A DNA stretch of 64,000 nucleotides from Octopus sinensis (taxonomy: Eukaryota). A model generated the notes under the pieces. The model was not told where the DNA came from and did not search any database. It saw only the letters and a list, made by a program, of their open reading frames with translations. Below are positions 52,507 to 64,000 of the stretch, in pieces. The DNA lies in contig NC_043000.1 of assembly GCF_006345805.1 (NCBI RefSeq), forward strand, positions 103,354,001 through 103,418,000. The letters run 5' to 3'. Numbering within the stretch: the stretch's first letter is position 1; every line of letters begins with the position of its first letter. The position numbers were made by a program, and so were the translations under genes.

Positions 52507-52637
52507 ATGTAGAAAAATACAAACTGGGACAAGAACGTAAAACATTAAGAAGACGATACAAAAAACACGGACGGGACATTCGAAGCCTTCAATCTTCAGT
52601 CAAGAACCGGATCATCGTAGCAATTTCGGCTGATTAA
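52507..52637. repeat. Solo inverted copy of the same repeat
   Basis: atgtagaaaaa...gcaatttcggct, with (TA)n on both sides. Confidence 0.85.
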
Positions 52638-52639
52638 TC

Positions 52640-52718
<79 letters not shown>

Positions 52719-53406
52719 ATGTATGTATGTATATATATATATATGTATATATATATATGCACACACACGTACACACAGAATTTTAAAAGGTATTTTCGCA
52801 CAGTGACAACAGAAGGGAAGGTGATGTAATATTTACCGGGTAACAGGTTGAATTATGCTTAACAAAAACAGCACAGTTAACAGATACAACAGTCCTCCTT
52901 ACACATACTAATATCGTACACTAAAAGCTCTTCAGGAAACGTTGTAAGGAAACAAAAAAGAACGAAACCAAATATAGCGTCAGGTGTGAAGTCAGAAATA
53001 GCTACAGCCAGTTTAATCCAATCAGTTTCCCCCTGCAGCTTTGGAATGAGGAGGCTAACCCATTATTTTCACTTGTTGTGAACTTTGAATGAACCTAACT
53101 TCCACATCACTTTTCTTTCACTTCACTAGATTCTCTGGGTAAAAGAGAAGTCAGAAATGACAATAAAAAATACTGGAGCCGTCTGTCAAGGATTTATACG
53201 CACACACACACACACACACACACATGCGTGAGGGTCTGTGTGTATGCAGGAGCATGTGCGTATATATGTGTGAGCCTGCGCGCTTGTACGTGTATATATA
53301 TATATATGTATGTATATATATATCACAAATACATATACATATATATTTAGGTAAATATATACATTTATATATACATGTGTGTTGTGTATATATATATATA
53401 TATACA

Positions 53407-55473
<2,067 letters not shown>

Positions 55474-56101
55474 ATATATATATGCACACATATGCATGTA
55501 TATATACATATATAATACGCACATATATATAAATCTAAATATATATTTACACACACATGCATACACACACACACACACACATACATGCACACAGACACTC
55601 ACACAGCGCACATACACACGCACACACAGACACTCACACACACTCACACACACACATATGTATCTGAGTAAGTATATATGACATTTAAGGAAAACCAATT
55701 GGCTTGAAGTGGATAATAAATAAATGAATAAATAAGTGTTTTGAGATATTGATTCCTATTTAAATGTATGCCTTTAGGCTGAAGTAGACGTCTCTACTCC
55801 TTTCACACTCAATGGATTTTTGTGAAGGCGTTCTCTCCTCTCTTTCGCTTCACCCTCTCTCTATCTACTTGTATTTTATTTTGTTGACCACAACCAGAGG
55901 AAAAAGAGAAGCAAACTGACTTTTATCAGAATCACACAAAAGGCATTTCGTATTCAGTGCTCTGCCAGTAATATTTAGTCCTACATTTGAATTTAATGCC
56001 ACAGATGTAACAACCTTCCATAAGCCACCAAGAAATAACCTCTATGCAGTCGCTCAGTTTGCAAGAAAGAGAAACCAAATTACCTTAAATCATACCGTCT
56101 A

Positions 56102-56485
56102 TTACTCTTTACTCTTTTACTTCTTTCAGTCATTTGACTGTGGCCATGCTGGAGCACCGCCTTTTAGTCGAGCAAATCGAACCCAGGACTTATTCTTTGT
56201 AAGCCTAGTACTTATTCTGTCGGTCTCTTTTGCCGAACCTAAGTTACGGGGACGTAAACACACCAGCATCGGTTGTCACACATACACACACACACACACA
56301 TAAATATATATATATATATACATATATACGACGAGCTTCTTTCAGTTTCCGTCTACCAAATCCACTCACAAGGCTTTGGTTGGCACGAGGCTATAGTAGA
56401 AGACACCTGCCCATGGTGCCACGCAGTGGGACTGAACCCGGAACCATGTCGTTCGTAAGCAAGCTACTTACCACACAGCCACTCC
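56102..56485 (-). mobile_element. SINE family A, full-length reference copy
   Basis: The reverse complement reads aggagtggctgtgtggtaagtagcttgc (A box), ggttcagtccc (B box), CORE-like block, (TA)(TG) tract, tail and (aagagta)n end. Confidence 0.92.
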
Positions 56486-56986
56486 TAAAGATACTAAAGA
56501 CATTGTATTTCTAAATAAGTGTACAAAAAAAAAATTGAAAATAGAAGAGACAGAGTCGTCTTGGCTGGAATGCTCTTAATCATACATTTGTTTGATCAGG
56601 GCTGGCTTTAGGTTAGAGAACAAAAAGACACTCTTTTTCCGTCTCCACGAATTACGGTTCTAATTTCTTTCCACACGCTCTTTACACATCTCGGATAAAT
56701 TCTTTTCTACTATCATACAGAAAACCAATCATATATTTTGAGCTCTGCGTGTATGTATACATTTATGCATGCATGTCTATATGTATATATGCGTGTGCAT
56801 GCATGTCTATATATGCATGTATGTCTATATGTATATGTGTCCTAAGTTTGTGTATGTTTGTAAGTATACATAGAGATACCTATATATGTGTGTGTGTATG
56901 TACGTATGCATGCATGTATATATGTATGTATGTATATATGTATGTATGTATGTATGTATATATATATGTATGTATGTATGTATGTA

Positions 56987-57410
56987 TTACATTTGGCCTC
57001 ACAATAAGCTTAAAGAAAACAAAAGTAATGTTCACTCATACATCAGGTCAACCCTTTGTTGGGGCACAAAATTCGCGGCTCTGGACATAATCCGATAGCA
57101 AAAGTATTAAAGTGACGTTGAAGTCTTCGAATGTAGTTGGTCTGCCGGCATCGATTACGGTGAAATGGTCTTGTGGTCAGGATGGAAGATAATCAGATCT
57201 GTAAGCAAATTCCATAATGGTTAGTAAGCCTAGGGTAAGAGACCATCGCACAAACTGAAAGTAAAATATAAGGACTGCATCATGAATACATTGAAGAAGG
57301 TAACAATTTTGGAAAACGGATGAGAAAACGTCGTTCTAGATCATTTATCGTGGAATAAAGAAGTGCATGATGGGAGGAGCAAATTCGAACGAAATCGTAT
57401 TATGAAAAGC
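56987..57410 (+). mobile_element. RTE/Bov-B-like LINE 3' fragment with internal deletion
   Basis: FGLTISLKKTKVM directly after a (TATG)n tract, then VVRMEDN and KLKVKYKDCIMNTLKK, typical of the RTE C-terminus. Confidence 0.75.
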
Positions 57411-57638
57411 TCAAGAGATATGTTTGAATATGCCTGAGTATGCTGGCTCACGACCCATTTGAATAGGTAACGAATGTAGCCGTGTCTGTTTAAGTGAATA
57501 TGGCCTTAGAAATATCTTAGAAACAACAAACATGGGCAGGTTGCTATAGTCAACAACCTCCCTTTGTCTGTTGTTCCTAAGGCAGATTGAAACGTGATAT
57601 AAAGGTTCCCTAAAACAATATTGTAACACCTACTGCAG

Positions 57639-57760
57639 AGGCGCCCGCCACATCTATACAAAACAAAAAAAGTCCCTAGCAGGGCTGGAAAGTCACATCC
57701 ATACTCCTTATGATGAAGAGAAAAATCAACTCGAAATTGAATTGCAGCCAAAATATGTAG
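57639..57760 (+). CDS. Candidate internal exon (GARHIYTKQKKSLAGLESHIHTPYDEEKNQLEIELQPKYV)
   Basis: ctgcag acceptor, AG/gtatgt donor and 40 open codons. The donor coincides with the start of a microsatellite. Confidence 0.15.
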
Positions 57761-58378
57761 GTATGTATGCATGTTTATATATATATATATATATATAATA
57801 TATATATATATATAATGCATATTTCTGTACGCGCACACACACATGTGTTGAGTTTGTGTGTGTAGGACACGTTGGATAATGTCCTGGGCTCCTTGCACAT
57901 AAAATGATAGAGCAGTCACGCCTGGAATGTCTTTGATCGTAAGTCTGCTTGAACAGGGTTAAGGTGGGACTAAACAACCACACCAACAAAAACACAAAAT
58001 TTCTACGCGGTCGTTCGATCCGCTAAGAAGGAAATGAAATTAAACCTTCCTGAAATCACACTCGATCGTCTTGAAAATGGACATGAGAAATAGTGTGTTC
58101 CGGGTTTCCTACACAGAGGGAAAAGGCGGGATTGTCCCAATTGAAATTCCTTTGATCGTAGGCCCACTTGAACAGAGCACACCTGAAACTAAAAAGCAGC
58201 AGCAACAGCAACAGTGACCAATAACAACTCTCCTGTTTTCATCCTTAATCTCTCTTCCTTGCTTGTATGTACTGTTTTGAGGTATCTGTTACGGAGTTAC
58301 ATATCTTAGCGTTGTTGAATTAGCTCACCGAAGTGTATTCAACAGAAGAATGTTGTTATATTTCTGGAAATATTACAA

Positions 58379-58455
<77 letters not shown>

Positions 58456-59398
58456 TAATAATAAAACGAAGTCTGGAATATTCAAAGCAATTAGGATTTG
58501 TCTAAAGCAAGTTTAGATATAATCCTTTAAATACATCAGTCTAAGAAAACAAATGTTGAAGCTACCATACAAATTGTTTCAAGTAAATTAAGGTAACTAC
58601 AAAAAAATATAGATGCTTATTTAAGTGGAAGTTGAAGCATAGTTATCTCTAACGAAACATAAACAGTTATTGTGAAAAGAGACTTATTATATCGCAATAC
58701 ATTTTTCTCATTCCATCTTGTAATTTAATTCTGAGTAAGCATAAATGTGGAGACTGTGAGACTAGCGAAGGAAACAGTGGTTAAGGGATCAGAAACGGAA
58801 TCGAGGAGAAGCAGGAGCAGGGTATGTGTAGGTAAGAGTGAAATGTGATGTAACTCTTTAGATTGACAGACAGGCATTATTATGGTGGGTAGATGGTTAC
58901 AAAACACACAAAAAAAAGGAGCCCAGTAGATGCATAGATAATACATCACATACATAAATATACACATACATACGTACGTACGTACGTACAAAATCTGCAA
59001 GAACTTAAGATTTAAAGGATGATGGCTAAAACAAGATGCTTTTTTTCTTTAAAATCTTGCTACCAAGTATGTCAAAATTTACTCTAAATTAAAGAAGGAA
59101 AGAGAACATACACACACATACATACATGCATACATGCATGTATACATACATACATACATACATACATACATACATACATACATACATACATACATACATA
59201 CATACATACTTACATACATGCATGCATACATACGTACAAAATCTACAAGGCCTTCTTAAGATTTAAAGGATGATGGTTAAAAACCTTGCTATCAAGTAGG
59301 TCAAATTTTACTCAAAGAAAATGAGAAGAACATAATACATACATACATAAAGAAAAAGAAAGAGAAAAAGAGAAAGTGGAAGAAAAAGAGCGAAAGGT

Positions 59399-59514
<116 letters not shown>

Positions 59515-60469
59515 TGCTGGAAAGTGATGTTGACTTTTCTGAAAAAATATGACATTATGACGTATTACATTTCTTAAAGTGGACATTGATTACAAAGAAG
59601 AATGGTCAATAGCTCTCTGGAAAAGAACATTTTCCTGTTGTGAATAAGTAGATGAGTAGATGAATGAGTCTTTATCTTTCTCGTACTCTCTCTCTCTTCC
59701 TCTTGCTCTCCCTCTCTTTCGTATACACACACACTCACTACACACACACACATACATACACACACATGCGTACATACATACTACATACATACATACATAC
59801 ATACATACATACATACATACATACATACATACATACATACGTACATACATACATATATGCATACATACATACATACATACATACTACATACATACATACA
59901 TACATACATACATACATACAGTAAAAACCATTCAAGAATAAGTTAGTGATATTCCTTTTCCTACATTGTTTACAATTGTTTCATCAACTCACATTTTAAC
60001 CAATCTTGCCTCATGTTGTTACTATTCTTCGATGTTTTTCATTATATATACTCTACGGAAATTTGTGGATTTTCAAATTATTGGCGCAGTAGTTTTGTAA
60101 GGAAGCTTCCCCATTTCGATTTTCACTATCTTTAGAAGTGCTTCATGAAGTAAACGCCTGGATTACATAACCCAACTTGCTATGTATGTATATGTGCGTG
60201 TGTGTGTGTTTATGTGTGTGTGTGTGTGTGTGTGTTTCTAGGTGCCTTTATCTTCTAGAGACAGGGTGGGGCAACTGCCGTGCTGATGACCCGTGACGCA
60301 GAAAAAGGAGAAACCAAACTTCTGGATTCGTATGCTAGTAACATCAATACTTAAGAAGGTTTGTTATGAAAAACCCCAACAATTCTCGGCTGATTTCTCT
60401 GTGGGTAAAGTATTCAGCAGTATTCTCTTCTACTGAATGAAAAGCAAAGGTGAAGAAGCGACAGGAGAT

Positions 60470-61000
60470 AGTCAATTTGGTTTTAGACCCAGAAAATGTA
60501 CAATAGATGCTATTTTTATCTTCAAATTGTTAACGAAAAAATATCAACTGCTCTTGCATTTCAACTTCATCAAGTTCAAAGTTGACTTTGACACCATCTA
60601 TAGAAGTCTTTATTGAAGATAATGAAAATGAAAGGTGTACGCCCAAACAGAATTGTAGATGTGTTAAATAACAATACTGTGTGTCGTGAACGTTAAGGGT
60701 CGGCAGAGGGATTGGTTTGCAGTGAATGAAGGTCTAAGAGAAAGAGACTTTCTGTTGTCTGCAGTTTTCGATATCTTCCTGGAATTTATGAAAAAACTTA
60801 AATTTGGATAAAGTCTAGCATCTGTCGACGATGACGACCTATTCATAGTTATTAGATATGTTAACGACACAACTGTAAAAACTATGACAAATCGAATATA
60901 GTCAGTTGAACAAAGCATATCAAAAATAGGATATGAAAGCAAATAGAGCAAGGTTCAAGTTCCTATCACTTACCAAGGAAATGCGATCATTGGATGTTTT
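60470..61000 (+). mobile_element. RTE-like LINE reverse transcriptase fragment
   Basis: QFGFRPRKCTIDAIF, FIKFKVDFDTI (DFKKAFD-like), GLRERDFLLSAVFDIFLEF (GVRQG...LFNIFLE-like) and a degenerate ADD motif. Confidence 0.75.
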
Positions 61001-62052
61001 AAAAGTAAAAACACATCACTTCATGGAAGTTTAGCACCCTAATATATATAGCATGTATTTAACTACTTACTAAACAGTCATTGTGACTATTTTGTTTTTG
61101 TAGCAGGCACTCTGGTGACAAAATTATTTGAATAAATCTGGAAAATATGTCCTTGTATGGAAGACATGACACTACAAGGATTATTTGCACGCACACACAA
61201 ACACGCGTGTATATCCATGTGTAAGCATGCAGAGAGAAGAAGCAAGACCGAGAAAGTGAAAGAAGGAAATATATAACAAGATAAAGAGAGATAGATAAAG
61301 AGTGAGACAGACAGGTAGAGAGAGAGAGAAGGGGGTAAAAGAGGGGCGGCGAGATAGCGAGAGAGAAAGAGAGAAGGAAAGAGGCTGATAGACAGTGAAC
61401 AGATAAACACATGTACACCGCGAGAAGTGGAATATTTTCTCATCAATTTCGTCTCTGGAATCAGTTGTTGTTGAAACCGAACCTATGATTAAAGACGTGC
61501 CAGCCATGACCACCCCCGTCTTTTTGTATATTCAGGGTTCCATTGTCCTGTGGAACCTACTTGTCTTAAGACAGTATGACATGATTTGAGGGAGTTTAAA
61601 TTTGAATTTCACTTCTATTACTTCGCAGATCGAGCAACTGCTCAGGGGGTCCCTTTTTTGGTTTAGGAGGTGGGAGTGGAGAAGAAGAAGAGAAGAAACA
61701 GAAGAAGAAAGTAAAAAAAGAAACAAGGAAAAAAATTCAAAAAACGAAAAGAAGGAAGAAGGAAAGAAGAAAATGAAAAATAGAAGAAAAAAGAAGAAAA
61801 AGAAATGTTTACAATTAGGTTTCGTAACATTGGCTCTATAATGAATGTATATACTAAGAGAAAACTTCCAGTCCACCAAGGCAGCTAAACTCTCTTTTAA
61901 TCTGGTCGACTCGTGCAAACCATTACAGAAAAAGTAAACTTTCTTAGGAAATCAGCGCAAAAAGCCAAGATTTGATATTTTTCCAATGTCAGGATGAGGT
62001 GTGAAAAAAGAGAAAGCAACACCATCAACAACAACAACAACAACATATATTC

Positions 62053-62127
<75 letters not shown>

Positions 62128-62689
62128 GATATTATATATATGTATGTACGTATGTGTATATATGTATGTATATATATATATGTATTTATGTATGTGTGTA
62201 AATACAGAGAGAGAGAGAGAGAGAAAGCTTATAAATAGACTACTGAACGATCTGTATATGTGTGATGCGCGCGCGTGTGTGTGTGTGTGTTCGTGCGTGC
62301 GCGAGTGTGTGCGGGTGTGTTTGAGTGGGTGAATGGTGGTTGTGGCGACGAGTGTTCGCTCTACAATTCTATAAAAGTTAAATAACCCGAATTGAAAACT
62401 CTGAAGAAATACATACGTAGATTACATTCTGAAATATATTTCTAAGGTTCATTTTTTTACGGTCCCTGCAATGAATATGTTAGCTGGAACTCAACAATAC
62501 TTTTTTACGCGGATGTCGCCCCTGAGTAATTAACCTCAACGTTTGTTGCTTTTGTTTATTTTTTTTATTTTTGTTCAATACGCTCGAATATCCTATCCCA
62601 CACATGCACTGTGGCAAGTATGATGAATGCACTACATCGAAACATGTACAGAATTGTTTCTCTTACATACTTTTTTTACCATTTTGTGT

Positions 62690-63135
62690 TTCATTCAATG
62701 GATTGAGGTCATGCTGGAGCACTGCCTTGTAAGGTTAGTCGAACAAATCTACCCCAGTACTTATATTAAGCCCGGTACTTATTCTATTGGGTTGTGTTAA
62801 ACTGAACTGGTAAGTTATTGGGACGAAAAGAAACCAACTCCGGTTGTCAAGCGATGTGAGGACAAGCACAAATACAAGGGTCCATACATACTAATATATT
62901 TGTATGTGTGTGCACATACACACGCACACACACGCACATTCTTTTATTCTTTCATTCGTTTCTGCCATTTGGCTACTGTCATGCTGGAGCACCGCATTGT
63001 GTGTGTGCATGTGCGTGACCAGCTTCCATGCAGTTTCCGCTTACCAAATGCAATTACGAGCCATTGACTGGTATATTTCGAGAAAACACTTGCTCTATGT
63101 GCAGCGAGGTGGGACTGAACCAGAAATCACGTCGA
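62690..63135 (-). mobile_element. Two diverged SINE family A remnants
   Basis: catgctggagcactgcc...ggttgtcaagcg, then catgctggagcaccgc and gggactgaacc. Confidence 0.6.
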
Positions 63136-64000
63136 TGCGAAGAGATGATTAAAATATTTTTCTTTGAGTTAATAATATCAGTATTGCTGTGTGTTCATCA
63201 CCACATCAGTACTTCTAATTGATTTCTTTAGCATTACTAAATATGATTTATTTCGTAAAGCTACACAAGTGTGCCTTCGAATTTGTTTCCTCATAACTTT
63301 CAGAAAAATGGTCATCTACATGTTTATCTACAAATACCTTTGAGATAGTGTAGAATAGGATTATATCGGGATTTAATGTCAAAACAAAATGAAGGGCGCG
63401 AGCACATATATTGATACACATCACATATTATCTACAAAATAAAACTGGAAATTTTGAAAATAATTATGCGATGTGTATCAGTATGTATGTGTGCATGCCC
63501 ACTATTTTTTTCTTCACCACAAAAATTCTTATATAATTGTAATCTGCGCCATCTGAAGGTATTTATAGAAAATTTCATTAAATTATACCGATCTTCTGAA
63601 AATTACGAGGAAACAAAATAATTTCGTGCGAATTATTGGAAACTCTTCACACACCTCAGAAAAAGTTTTTAGAGCAAATACTTGTTATGAGGAAACAATA
63701 TCCGATTGGGAGCGGGTACACTTGTGTTATGCCGAATCGTTGACGCTCAACAAATATGTTAACACTGAACTAAGTTCTCAAACGTTACCACTCTTCAGTC
63801 GTCGTTGTTCTGGCTGTCAGTTAAAGATTGAGGAACTACATAGAAGCTCGCTCATTAGCTAAAATTGTTAATCATTTTAAAAACATTGATTAATAAAATA
63901 GTTATAATTAATTCTTTCAGCAAGTCCTGATGAAGTAGACCTATGATCAAAATTATCCCAACCTTCACCATTACGTCTTTTTCTGACAGTGTACATTATC

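Noticed and set aside
52903-53032. 130-nt minus-strand open segment with cag and gtaagg boundaries
   Set aside because: The antisense frame is equally open, no family is recognised, and it cannot be linked to other exons.
57540-57554. Second X-box-like motif GTTGCTATAGTCAAC
   Set aside because: It has an extra base and breaks the RRNAAC/RGYAAC half-site, and there is no promoter context.
63412-63480. 16-bp inverted repeat (15/16 match) with a 37-bp loop
   Set aside because: It is too short and AT-rich, with too large a loop, to support a pre-miRNA or MITE call.

Overview
This is AT-rich eukaryotic genomic DNA, most likely from a coleoid cephalopod (Octopus-like). That assignment is inferred from the SINE families and the extreme microsatellite load. 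The window is dominated by microsatellites and transposable-element remnants. There are several tRNA-derived SINE families, degenerate non-LTR retrotransposons (Tx1/L1, R4/Dong-type RLE, RTE, Penelope-like), and DNA elements (Tigger/pogo, hAT MITEs, a mariner end, Helitron/Helentron-like non-autonomous elements). No intact host gene could be recognised, and most entries in the ORF track are translated microsatellites. The clearest non-repeat signals are a CpG-rich promoter-like island at 43.4-43.8 kb (YY1, ETS and NRF1 motifs), a CCAAT plus RFX X-box module at 45.5 kb, and a duplicated coding-like segment at 28.3/28.8 kb. The most interesting recurring pattern is that one SINE family carries an internal (TA)n/(TG)n tract, and at three loci other elements appear to have nested inside that tract. 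No CRISPR array, rRNA gene or genuine tRNA gene was found. Coordinates of degenerate repeats were read by eye and are approximate, to tens of bp.
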